A DNA stretch of 64,000 nucleotides from Cyanophora paradoxa CCMP329 (Eukaryota > Plantae > Glaucophyta). The notes beneath the pieces are model-generated. The model ran no database searches and was not told the DNA's origin. It saw only the letters and a program-made list of their open reading frames with translations. The position numbers were made by a program, and so were the translations under genes. This document shows, in pieces, positions 21,901 to 33,735 of the stretch. Each line of letters starts with the position of its first letter. Position 1 is the first letter of the stretch. The DNA lies in contig QPMI01000416.1 in assembly GCA_004431415.1 (NCBI GenBank), positions 558,001 through 622,000 on the forward strand. Direction: 5' to 3'.

Positions 21901-23272
21901 GCTAGAGCGTCCACGAAGTCCAGCCCCCCTCTCTCCCCCTCCCCCCCCCTCCCCCCTCCCTCCCCCCTCCCCCCCGAGGACCGGGCCGGGCGTGCCCCGT
22001 GGCCGGGCGGGCCCCGGGGCGCACCGGGGCCGAGCGTCTAGATCGCGTCTAGAGCGTTTAGACGGCCTACATCTAAAGACGGCCCCGTTGCCCCGGGCCG
22101 TGGCGCACCCCCTTCGGGCGAGGCCCGCAAGGGACCTAGTTCCCTCGCCTCTTATATATCTGGCCGTGACTCACCGGGCGAGGATGTAGTCCAGCGCGTC
22201 CTCGCGCCTGTGGAGCATCTCGACGAGCTCATCGGCCCGGGCCCCCTCGCCCAGGGCCCCCGCCACGCCCCCCCGGGCCGCCTCCACCACCGCCGACGTC
22301 TCCTTCATCCGCTCCCGCTGCGTGCGCGGCCGATAATCTATAAGTTAAGGCTAAAGGCTAAGGCTAAAGGCTAAAGGCTGACGGCTGACGGCTAAAGGCT
22401 GAAGGCTAAGGCCGAAGGCTAAAGGCTTCATGCGCTCCCGCTATGTATACGTGCGCGGCCGATAAGCTAAGGCGAAATGCCAATTATAAGGCTTCAAAGT
22501 AAATGCCTTATAAGGCTTATAAGGCTTATAAGGCTTATAAGGCTGGGTGCGGCCTTTCATCCGCTCCCGCTACGTGCGTGCGCGGCCGATAAGGCTAAAG
22601 CTGAAGGCTAGAGGCTTCGAAGATAAATCAAAGGCTAATTTATGCCAAGGCTGAAGGCTAATTTACAAGGCTTCGAAAATGAATCAGAGTTGTAAGCACC
22701 GTTTCGATCATGTCGTCGTACCACTCTTCGGAGGCCGCACGCTCCTGTTTCGTAAATATTGTCAGTGGGCCTGATCATGAAGCCACGGACACAAATCAAT
22801 GAAGTTTTAAGGCACCTCGGGGCTGAGCGTGGTCTCGTCCGTGATGGGGAACTGTTGAGCATCTGCGTACTGCACAGGGAATCCGAATTAATTGCGCACA
22901 AGACGAGATCGCGAGACGCGGACTTGTCCCCAAGGGGGGGGGGGGGGGGGGGGGGGGGGTCAGGGAGAGCGGCGGGACGGGACGGGGGGCGGAGGCGGGG
23001 GCGGGAGCAGGGAGGGAGGAGGGAGGGGGGAGAGGGGGGTACTGGTAGGGAGGACGGCGGGAGGGGGTAGGGTAGGGGGCTAAGGGGCGCACGAGCTCGA
23101 GCCACATGCTGCAGCCGACTGCCTTGAGGTCCGAGTGGGAGAGGATGAGCTTCCGCGCCGCGCCCTCCCGCCCGTGGCTGTGCTTTGAGAGGAGCGTACC
23201 CGCCCACAGCGCCACCCGAGGGGCGAGGGCCCCCCGGATCGCCGCCTCTTCTCCAGCTCCGCTCCCCTCCAT
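18970..23272 (-). CDS. Multi-exon hypothetical protein, helical and Ala-rich, no family recognised
   Basis: GT-AG bounded exons such as MEGSGAGEE...MWLEL, ERAASEEWYDDMIET, RERMKE...DYILAR, AIALDGTYRDYGCKYAESYWLEAG, YIEAAKDDLIAAMNE, and a final DLVFVADLATVYGYADANAETFAAV*. Confidence 0.6.
20200..20677. repeat. Intronic minisatellite, 108-bp unit, about 4.4 copies
   Basis: GAAGTCAGCG at 20201, 20308, 20416, 20524 and 20632; rich in AAGCTT/CTTAAG. Confidence 0.95.
22080..22139 (+). mobile_element. Possible Helitron 3' terminus within an intron
   Basis: GC-rich hairpin CCCTTCGGGC-GAG-GCCCGCAAGGG followed by ACCTAG and then T. 5' end not defined. Confidence 0.35.
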
Positions 23273-24249
23273 TGTCCCTGCCAGGCTGACTTGCTGTTGT
23301 TCAACGGTTGTAATTGTGAGCCTACGCGGCTGCGCGCGCCACAGAAGATCAGTATACGGCGCAAAACTCGGTGAAAATCTAGACCTACAAGGCTAATAGG
23401 CTAATCGATAGCTCTAATCGATCATGAAGCTTGTGCGTGTGCATGCGCAATTGAAGTCGCCAAAACGCATGCATATGCATATCTATCATAGTATCGCCAG
23501 CTCTACGCTAGCGCGCGCGTACGTAGTCCGCATACGCATACGAGCACGCGCACGCGCATGTATAGGTTCACTTTTACATATGCATACGCACATCTGAATC
23601 GAAGCTAACTCTGCTCTTTGCAATTGCTGGCCCGACTGAAGTTCGCTGGTACTACGGTAGCGGTGCCACGGTGCTAGTTTTGGCGCTTGCTCAGCGGCTG
23701 TACTACGGTAACAGGCTAGGCTGTTAGCGCGCGCGCTGCGATGACTCTACCGGTAGCAGCGCTAGCGCCGCGGCGCTAGCCTAGACTCTCAGAGTCGACG
23801 TCTGCTGCCTATAGCTACTACCGGTAGGCTAGCTGGTAGCAGCAGCAGGCGCATAACTTTCGCTAAAGCTTCGAATTCACACGCTCCAGCAGCTAGCCAG
23901 GCGCCGGCTGCCAGGAGCAAGCTTGATCGAACTTCGGAAGCCGGCCGGGCTTGAAGCCAGCTTCAGCTTAATTCAAGCCTTGTCAAGTCAGCTCAAAGCC
24001 CGGCCTTGACCGTGACTCTCCCCGGGCCCGGCCCTTGAGTCACTGTGCTCCTAGTACCTCAACTGCCATTCTGGACGTGTCGGAAGACTCGGAACGACTC
24101 GGAACTTGAGTCGGAAGACTCGGAACTTTACGGAAGACGTCGACGCGCGCCAGCTGCATGGCAGACATTGGCAGTGCATGCCGCAGTGCAGACTCTGAGA
24201 TCTAGTTAGTAGCTAGGGGGGTACGGTGTCGGGAGTCTGGACCCGAGTC

Positions 24250-25665
24250 GCACGCGAGCTAGTACTGCGTGTACTACGAGCTCACAGACTCTTCTGAGAG
24301 CATGCATGCCGCCGGGCCGGATCGCCCAGCGCCGGGCCAGCGGAGATTTTCCTGTGGGCCGGCGCCGGCGCGCCGCCAGAGGAAATTTGCCTCTGGAGGG
24401 GGGTACGGTGTCCGGACCCAGAGGAAAATTTCCTCTGGATCAGAGGAAATTTGCCTCTGCCAGGGGGGTACACCCGTGCGTTGAGGCAGCGCGCCTTCTC
24501 GATCTTGCCTGCAGCTGTCTGCGCCTGGAAGATGCGCTCGATTTGGTACCAGTAGGCTCAGGAGACGAGCTTCCCGTGGTGCGGAAAGCTCGTGCTCGTT
24601 GCTGGAGTTCTCGAGTGACGTATAGCTATAGTGGCGCAGATCCAGCGCTCGGCGCGGCTGTTGCGACTGGCTTTCCACGAGCCTCTGAGAAGCTTGCAGG
24701 CTTCAGCCGCGCAGCTCCCGCTCGCGCGCGGCCTACGCTTCGGGACTTCGGACACCGGCGCGCTTCATCGCAGTGCCCAGTTACGTGTGTGCCACCAGGC
24801 AGCTAACACGCCCCTCTCGCTTCCCGTGCCTGCAGCCCTGCAGCCTGTCACGTTCTGCAGGATGCATATATATGGCGTGGGGCGGGCGGCTCACGGGCGG
24901 CAGCGGTCTTCACGCATGCAAGCATCCGGCAAAGAGCATCGATGGTCGCGCCGCGGGCAGGGCCGTCAGGCGGGCGTCAGCTGCAGCTGCGAATGCACGC
25001 ACGCCCTTCTGCAGCCGCCCGCCGCCGGCGCTCCCTGCGGTGGCGCAGAAACAGGCGGCGGCGGCGGCGCTCTTCCGAACAGCGAGCGAGCGGACTCGGC
25101 GGGGGCCGCACGCGCCCCTCCGCTTGGAGCTCTGCGCGGCGTCCGTGGCTCGCAGCTGCCCGCGGTGCGGTCGCCACCGGAGTCATCGGGCAAGCAAGGC
25201 GGCGGCGGCAGACGGCGGCCTTGGCGCCCCCACCGGTGCTCCCCGCGCCCGCCCTTCCATCCCCCCCAGAGCCCACCCGGGCCTCCTCCGGCCTCCTCCC
25301 CGCCAGGGCGCCCGCCTCTTTAGGCCAAGAATCCAGACCCGCCCCGGCCCCTCTCTTCCCCCGCCCCCTCCTCGCCCTCCCCCCTCCTCCCCCGGCTCCC
25401 CCTCCGACCCCCCGCCCCCTCCCCCAGACCCGCCCCGGCCCCCGGGCCCCTCACTTTCTCGCCCCGCTCCGCCCTGCTCCCCTCCCTTCCCCGCCCCGCC
25501 AGGCCGCCCGGCGCCGCCCCGTCCCCAATATTCAGGGTGACCCGCCCCGCCCCCCGGCCCCTCACCCCCTCGCTCCGCCCCGCTCCGCCCTGGTGCCCCG
25601 CCCCGCCCCCTCCCTTCCGGATCCCCTGGCCCCGCTTTCCCCCGCCCCGCCCGGCGCCGCCCCGC
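24250..25665 (-). repeat. Modular GC-rich dispersed repeat, copy A
   Basis: Reverse complement of parts of 54690-55590 and 57970-58850; 25225-25365 is the reverse complement of 39560-39695. Confidence 0.85.
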
Positions 25666-26125
25666 CCCCTCTTACTTGTAGCTAAGGCTACTTATACTAT
25701 CGGATGTGTATGCAAAGTCTAGGCCTTGCCTTCCGGATGCGGCCCTTATGTAAAGCCTATTACTTATTACTTGTACATGTGTAGCTATCATAGTGTACGT
25801 ATAGCTACTTCTACTATCGGATGCCAGGAAAGCTACTTGTCCTGCCCCCTAAGGGCGCGGGTTCAAAGCTACTTCTCCTGGCCCCCAAGGGCGGGGTCCT
25901 CGCCCTCGGGGTGCACGTGGTGCCACCTCTGCCCGCCCGCCACCTGCGCGCGCGCGCGTGAGGGCGGCGGGCTGGCGGCCGTGGGCGGGTGGGCGATCGA
26001 TCGGTCGCGTGCGGGCCCACGGCCTGCCGACTCGAGGGGCACGCGGTTGGACGTATCACCTCTTATCGTATCTCAATTGATAATTAAGAACTTCGGAAGA
26101 GCTCGTGTGTTATTCTAAGCTCGCC

Positions 26126-27605
26126 CTATATATGGATCTGGATCTGACTTCGATGTATATACCCGCGCACCGAGACGCGGTGGAGGACAGCCTCCTCGCC
26201 CGGCCGCCAGCACGCCCACGTGAAGCCTGCGGGGAGCTTCCTCAGAGACAGGGAACAGGGAGCGCTCAGATCAGATGTGAGCTTCTGAGCGCCGCACCGT
26301 CGTGCGTGCTGTAGGCCCCCGGGGTACCGTCCTTGTCGACGGCCAGCACCCCCGCCTGCGAGCCAGCGAGCGGGCGGGCGAGCGAGCGGGCTTCGTCACG
26401 GGCAGATCGAATCCGAAAGACCAGATGAGATCGGATCGGATCGAACCTGAGCGGCGGCCCCGCAGCGCTCGCGCAGCCTCCCGACCGCAGCCTCACACGA
26501 CGCGGCGGCCGAGCGCCCGGCGCGCATCCCCTCCACCGCCAACATCGACATACAGACCTGCCGCGCCGCGCGCGCAGCGCCCCCGCCGTTAGGAGGAAGA
26601 AAAGGAGGGGGAGGGAGGAGGGAGGGGGGGGCAAGCCTTCATGATCTGCTCGCCGTCTCCCGTCGCGACTGCCGCCCCGGCTCCGTCGTCCGCGTAGAGC
26701 CCCGAGCCGATGATCGGGCTGCGGCCGCCGTGAGACGGGGCGGGCGCGCAGGGGCGGGGCGGGGCGGGAGGCCTAGGAGGCCCGGCCGGACCTGTCCCCT
26801 ACGCGTCCCGCCAGCTTGTAGGCACGTCCGCTGCGATTGGATTCGATCAGGCGAAGAACGAGGGGTCGGGCGGGGCGAGCCGAGTCGCCTGGTGCTGCAG
26901 CCGGCCACGATGCGGCCCTGCCCGTCCACTGCGATCATGCCGATCGTGTCGTGGTTGTCGAGCCCCGCGGGGGGCGGCTGCGGCGCCGCCGCCGGCTGCG
27001 TCGCGCGCCATTCCTGCGCGGGGAGCGCCGTCTGTGGCGCGCGGATCGCGGGGGAGCGGGATCGGCGCGCCCGCCACTTCGCGGCGGCTTCGGGGGTGAG
27101 CGTCTCCTCCTGCGCCCGCTCACGGTCACCGGCGCGCCCTCGCGCGCTCCCTGGCGGGCCTGCGCACCGGCGGGAATCCGTTCTGCGTCGCGAACGCCGC
27201 GGCGCCGGCGCCGGCGAGCAGGACGTGGGGGCAGCGCTCCATGACCTTCCGCGCGACGCAGATGGGCGTGCGGCAGCCCTCGAGAGCCATCACGCCGCCC
27301 GCCCGCATGTCCCCGCACATGATCTTCGCCGCCGATCATCGGATCAGCGCAGCGGCGCGCCGCGCGCGATCGATCTGCCCAACGAGCTCGCGCATGCGCA
27401 CCGTGGCGTCGACCTGCAGGACGCCGTCGGCGTTCGGGAGGCCGCCGTGGCCGACGGAGGTGACGCTCGTGTCGAGCTCGGCGTGGCGGATGCCCGCCTC
27501 GACGGCGTCCAGCGCCGAGCCCGTGGCCTCGTACGCGCGCGCCGCAGCCTGCACGGCAGGGAGCCCGAAGGGCCAAGTCGCGACCACGCAAGGTCTCGGG
27601 GACAT
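26126..27605 (-). CDS. AGA: N(4)-(beta-N-acetylglucosaminyl)-L-asparaginase (glycosylasparaginase, Ntn-hydrolase)
   Basis: VVATWPF, SALDAVEAG, SVGHGGLPNADG, PICVARKVME, autocleavage site HD/TIG, STSG..YKLAGRVGDSPIIGSGLYAD, ATGDGE. 3' end approximate. Confidence 0.88.
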
Positions 27606-27795
27606 CGCTGTGGTCGGCTTGTCGCAGCTAAGCTAGGCAGTGCGCCGGTCGGCCCGCTGGGGGTACAGGCACGCCGTCAGAACACAGACGCTCTAGATCC
27701 GCCTCTTCGAGAATTCCCGCTCGGGGTTGCGTACGACCGCGCAATGGCTCTGCTGGCCGATCTTAGGCTGGAGGAGCGATGGCCGGTGCGCAGCA

Positions 27796-30700
27796 ATGCA
27801 CTGTTTCGCCCCAATGGGCCAAGACGCATTCGCCCCGCAGGCGTCCGGCGACGAGGAGCGGAGCATCCTCGCAGCTGAATTCGCCTCGTCCATTCGAACT
27901 ATGCTCCCCAAAGGCGATCCCGCGGGCTGTGAGCCCGCCCTCCGATCACTCCAGACGATGTTGACGACGGTTCCCGCGGCGTGGGAGGCGCTGGAGGCCG
28001 CGAGCCTCGACGTCGTCGGGGAGCTCCTCTCGCGCGTGCCGGTTGCGGCATCCGATCCATCGCGCGCGTCCGCGGCCCTCGAGGTCAAATCTCCCCGTCA
28101 ATCGGAAGCGTCAGCGCGAACCGGCGCTGACCGCGGCCGCGCGCAGCTGCTCGAGGCGTGCGCCGATCGCCTCTCGGCGCGTGAAATGCACTGCGCAATC
28201 ACCGAGGGATGGTCCAGCGTCCCCCGCGCGGCCCGGCCCTCGCTGCTTCCTTCCCTCCGGAAAGGTCCGACCCGCCCGCCGCGACCGCCGCCCGCCGCAA
28301 GCTGATGCGCTTCCCCGCTTCGCGTCGCGTCGCGCTGCAGTGCTCCTGCGCGTCCCCTCGCGGCGCGCGCGCTTCTACGAGGAGTGCTTCCCCCTCGTGG
28401 CCGGCCTTCTGGAAGGAGGAGGCGGCCGCGAGGACGAGGAGGGCGAGGAGGAAGAGAGCGAAGAATCGAACGCCGCGGACCCCGCCGTCCGCGCCGAAGC
28501 AGAGTGCGCACTTTCGAATTCGAAAGATTCGAAGTTTCGCGAGCGCCCGCCCTCGTTTCCTTCGCGAACTTCTGAAAGACTCTAGACCCCCCCCCCCCCC
28601 CCCCCCCCCCGCCCTCCCTCGTTTCGGTTCGGCGCCCCCGGAAGGGTCAAGGTGGCCCCCGCCGAGCCCTGCGGTTCGCCATTATCACACCTTCCAAGAT
28701 TCCGCCCTCCCGCCGGCCCTCCCGCCCGCCTCCCGGCCCGCCACCTCCCGCCCGCCTTTCCTCGTACCCCCGCACCTTCTTACCTTCTGGCGCCTTCTCC
28801 CCCCCCTCGCCTCCCTCCCGCCTTCTCGCCCGCCCGCCCGCCTCCCCCTGCCCTCTTCGCTTCGCTTCCTCGTGGCCCCTGCGCCTTCTGACGCCTTCTT
28901 TCGCTGCAGAGCGAAGGCGGCAGCCGGGTTCGTCTTTGCGTTCCTTGGGCCCCTGGCGGCCGAGGCAGGGAAACAGGTACCCCCTCCCTCCCCCCCCTCT
29001 TCTGCCGTCGCTGAGGACCTGTTGCTTTCGCCGCAGCCGTACCGGGGCCACCCCATCACGGACGCGGAGCGCGGGGCGGAGGAGGAGCGGCAGTGGGTGG
29101 CCGGCCTCGCGCTGCGGGCGGCGGCCGCGGCGGGCGAGGCCGGCCCTGCTCGGGAGCTGTTGAAGGCAGCGGGGCTCCCGGCGCTCGCGCTCTGCCGGTG
29201 GCCCGAGCGGCGGCGCGCGGGGGCGGCGGCCCAGGCCCGGAGGAAGAGCCTCAGCGAGATGGAGGGGCCAGAAGAGCAGGGGGGGTACGAGGCCGGCGCC
29301 GGCGCAGGCGCCGCCGCTTCGGACGGGAGCGGCGACGGGGACGGGGGCGAGGGTGGGCCGCTCCGGGCGCGCCGGCCCCCCCGGGCCGCCCCGCCCGGCC
29401 CCGAGTCCCACTTCTTCAGCGAGCTGGGAGCCGCCCTGGTCGCCCGCTCCCTCCTCCTGGATCCATCCCCCCTCCCCGACGTCCTCGCCCCGGGGTACCG
29501 CTTCTGCCTCGCCGCCCCGCACGCCCTCGCCCTCCTCCGCGCGTGCGCGTACCCACGCCCCCTTCCCCGTCCCGCACCTGCGCGTGACCCGCCGTACCCT
29601 CCGCAGGGGCCGCGGGGGTATGGCCGTCGACTTGATCGAGTCGGAGCTGAAGAGGGTACCCCCCCGCTCCCTCCGCCCCCCCGCCGGCGTATCCGGCTCC
29701 GGCCTCCTTGCCCTCATCCAGGTGCGCTCCTGTACCCCTCTCCCGCATAACGTGCCCCGGCGTCCGACGCCGTACCCCCCTCCAGGCCCTGCTGGACCAC
29801 ACGGTGGCGATCGCAGATCCCCGCGAGCGCTCCCGCGCCTTCGCCGTCTCGACGGGGGTACGCCATAATCCTCCGCCGTACCCCGTACCCCCCTCAATCC
29901 CTTTTTCAGGTCCTCTCGGCCCTGCGCGACGGCCCGCGCTTCGTAGCGCTGCGCGACCTCCTCGCCAGGCGCCCCGTACCCCCACCCCGCCACGACTCAC
30001 GTACCCCCTGACTCCCCGTTGCAGCGTTCCGTACCCGGCCCTGCACGGCCTTCTGATCAACCGCCTGAAGGACGAGATTCGGGAGGCGTGGCCGAGCCCG
30101 CGTACCCCCCACGACCCCTCCGAGTCCTCCCCTTTCGCCTCGGATCGCGTCCTACCCCTCCTCCGCGCCGTTCTCGACCCCAGGCGCGCCTTCAAGATGC
30201 CTGTACCCCCCCGAGCCTCCTAGCAGTCCCCTGAGCCTCTTTCTTTTTCGTATTCCGCAGGCTCTGCGACGTGGACGCGGCGCACGACGTGGCGATGGCC
30301 GCCCTGAACCTCTACCGATTCGTTCTCCTCCGGGTACGCAGAAAAGATCCGAAAAAATTGAATCACGCAGCTCACTTACTCACTCACCTGAGCAGGAGCT
30401 GGGCGAGGGGAGGGCAAGCGGCGGCCCCGAGGGTGGCGTCACGGGGTCACTGAGGCCCGGCGAGCTGCGGCGGGCGCGGGACCGCTTCCTTCGGCCCCTC
30501 CGCGACATCGTCGACGCCAGGGCGCGCGCGCCCCCCCTTCCCCCTAACATCAAGAATTCTAACATTCTAACATTCTTCTAGAATCTATAATCAAAGGATG
30601 TGGGGGCGCGCCTGCCCCCCGCCCCCGCCCCCCCCCCCAACCCACCCCCCCCCACCCACCCACCCCCCCCCCACCCCCATCCCCCCCCCACCCTCCAACC

Positions 30701-31215
30701 CACCCTATGCTTAGATGATCCGACTGCCGCCTCCCCCCACTCCCCCCTGCCGTCAAGGCGAATGAAGGGTTGGAAGGCTGACCCCCCGCGCCCGCCCGCC
30801 GCCCGCCCCTCAGGTGAAGGAGGCGGCGGAGGCGGCGGCCGCAGCGAGCGACGAGGCGCTCGCCTCGGAGCGCGGGCCGGCGCCCCCGCCCCCGCAGTTC
30901 GAGGTCGCGCTCAGAGGCCCGGCCTCCTCCTCCGCCTCCTCCTCGCCCAAGCCTGCTCCTACTGCTCCTCTGCCCTCGCCCGAGGCGGCGCGGAGCGCGC
31001 TGGCGCGGGGCGGGAGGCAGGCGCGCCTCATGAGCCTCTACATGATCCAGGTGCACCCCTCTTTCTGCCCAAGTCAACCTCGCTGATAGCGAGTCGCCCC
31101 CTCTTCTTCCCCGCCTTCGGTCGCGCAGGAGCCGCTGGGACGGGTGCTGGAGCTTGCGGACCAGGCCCTGGCCGCCGCCGCGGGGGGGGGCGAGTCGGCG
31201 TCGTCGTCTTCGTGA
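27796..31215 (+). CDS. ALF4/glomulin/Ybp-family protein, multi-exon
   Basis: Spliced motifs SAREMHCAI, PYPALHGLLINRLKDEI and DVAMAALNLYRFVLLR resemble ALF4/glomulin motifs. Stop TGA at 31213-31215. Confidence 0.65.
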
Positions 31216-31581
31216 GAGAGGGGTACGGGCGATTCGAAATGGGTCGGCCACCCAAGGCCGCCGGGCCCCGCGCGCCCCTCGGAGGAGTCCGGCGGGGTCG
31301 AAATATGTCCGGAGCGCCCGCGGCCGCGCCCGGCCCTCGAATTCGGAATGATTGTCAATTTTTTTTAAGCTTCCGGTCTCAGAGTCTCGTATTCCGCGAG
31401 TAGTCTCGCATTCTCCTATTCTGCTGTGAATATATTCTTCCATCTATTCCCTGCGTGTATGCTGCTCGTCTCGTGTTTATTTGTGTTGTCATATCTTTGA
31501 TGTCTTGTAATTTTCGCTTCGGGTACCTTCGGGGTTTCGCTGCATCGCAGTCAATTAAAACTTTGAAATAGCGCAGTTATT

Positions 31582-33735
31582 TCCAGTATGGGTGAGGCCA
31601 GCGGCCCCACGAATGCGTATTGGTAACAACAGGGGGCCCCCCCACCGCTCGAGGGATGGTCGGGGGCCTGATGAGGTAGGGCGCTAAGCGCCGACAAAAG
31701 AAACTACTGGGGCAGCGATTGGCCGAGGCCGAGGGGGAAGGCTGGGGTCCGGGGGAGAAAGGGCGAGGGCGGTCTAGACGCTACTGGGGGGCGTCGGGCC
31801 GGGGCTGGCCGAAGAGGGAGGCGAGGCCGTGGAGGACCGCGGCCTTCAGGCTCTCTCGGTCGGGCTCCTGCTGCGGCGCTGGGGCCGCGCCGGATGGAAG
31901 GAGGGCGTGGAGGAGGCCGAGGAGGGCGGCTGTCGGGCCCGGCGGGGCGGCGGGGGGCGGGGGAGCGCTAGGGGCCGCGGGCGGGGGGCGAGTCCTCCGG
32001 GGCGGCGCCCGGCGCTGGCCCCGGGACGGGGCCCGGCGCGGAGGGGTCGCCGAGCCGCTGGGCGTCTCCTGCGTTGTCGGCGGCGGGGCCGGCGGCGAGC
32101 CCGGCCTCGGCCGCGGCAACCTCCGCCAGGTTCGGGGCGGACTCCGGCGCGGTCCCCGGGGCGCCCGGCGCCGCCCCGGGGGCGGCGTCGGCACCGCCGG
32201 CGGCGGGTTGGGTGGCGATGGCGGTGCGGAGGGCGGCCGCGGCTTCGGGGCCGTTTTTTTTTTTTTTTTGCAAAAGTGGACGTCGCATTGATACACCACG
32301 GCACATGTATCAATGTTCTACGTGACGTGCCCTTCCGACCGGTCATCTATCTAGCCGAGGGTGCTAGCTAGGTGCCGGCCATGGGTCGCTCAATATGGGA
32401 GGTTCGCCTGAGTGGGGAGCCATGGTTTTCGGTGATAGCCGTAACCAGACCCACGCGCCCACCCCTTGATCAACTCCTCCATCCCTCATGAGCCCTGGAA
32501 GTGAAATGTCTCGCAGTCCGCCGCCCTCCCTTGCCGCCGCTCCGCCACGCCTCCTCCTCCCACTCCGCCTCCTCCCTCCTCCTCACCTGCGCCCCAGGAC
32601 CCCGATTAATCGGTGTCCCGTTTTGTCGAGGTGAAGAAGGTGGTAGGAGGAAGATATGAGGAAGGAGAGGGAGTGGGCGGAGGCAGCAGCTTGGGGCGGG
32701 CAGCGGATGCGGGGTAAGGCAGGGAGAGGTGCCGGGACGGCAGAGTGGAGAGAGCGTGGGCACTGACAGGCGACGCAGAGAGCTGGGAGTGCGGAGACGA
32801 GGCGGGCCGCGAGGGGTCGGGAGGGGTCGACCGGGTTAGAGGGGGGGGCCGAGGCCAGGGGGGTGGCCGAAGCCATGGGGTTGGCCGAAGCCAGGGGGGT
32901 GGCCGAAGCCGATGGGGTGGCCGAAGCCAAAGGGGGGCCGAGGCCATTGGGGGGCCGAAGCCATAGGGATGGCCGGAGCCAGCGGGGGGTCTGACACTTG
33001 AGGGCCGGTTGGGGCCGGGGGGGAGACCGTAGGGGGCCGAGGGGCAGCGTCTTGCGAGGTCCCGAGCGGGGGGGTCAGCTGAAGCAAGGGGGGGGAGGGG
33101 GAGTTGGCTGCTTGCAGCGTCGTAAGTGGTTTGTACACTCCGCGGCTTCGGGGCCGATCGCTCCGGTCATGGTGCCGGAGTAGCTATAGGCCTGCGGGAT
33201 GGGGGCGAGATCCGCGCCCGTGAGGCCCGCGGCCCGCGGCCTGGACTCCGTACTCCGCCAGGACGGACAGGAGGGCCGCGGCTGCCGCCGGCGCGGCGGC
33301 GGCGGCGGCGGCGGCGGGCGGGGCAGCGGTGGCGGCGGCGGCGGCGGCGGGGGCGGCTGCGGCGGGGGCGGCGGCGGCAGCGGCGGTGGCGGCGGGCGGG
33401 GCGGGGGCATGGAGGGGCTCGGGCTCGACGGCGTGAAGGGCCCCGCGCCCGCCACGCCCTGAGTAGCGCGTGTCAGACTGAAGCCGAACTGCCAGGGCTG
33501 GGCGGGGGGCGGGGGCGCGGGCGTCCCGGCTGGTGCGGGGAGGGCGATGCGATGGAGGGCGGGAGGGGCCGGTAGGGAACGACGGCGGGAAGAGGCGCCC
33601 GTTCTCCCGACTGCACCGGGGAGTTCGGGACCGGCTGGGCCGCGGGGAGGGGGGACGGGGCGCCTGGCCCGGCAGACCAGACCCGTTTATAATTAGATCC
33701 GGGGGCCGGGGTGGTCGGCGGCGCGGGCGCGGGGG
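31582..33735 (-). mobile_element. Insertion bounded by a 12-bp direct repeat, encoding a low-complexity Pro/Ala-rich ORF (ORF1/gag-like?)
   Basis: AGCGCAGTTATT at 31570-31581 and 33736-33747. No TIR or poly(A) at the outer ends. Confidence 0.5.
32254..33139 (-). mobile_element. Non-autonomous non-LTR retroposon with poly(A) tail and 17-bp TSD
   Basis: TSD CCGCGGCTTCGGGGCCG at 32237-32253 and 33140-33156; A16 tail (T run 32254-32269); 3' stem-loop with CATTGATACA/TGTATCAATG arms; internal 18-bp tandem repeat at 32850-32965. Confidence 0.88.

Noticed and set aside
22340-22545. Telomere-like (TTTAGCC/TTAGCC)n tract
   Set aside because: Irregular, intronic and not a G-rich telomere unit; treated as a microsatellite.
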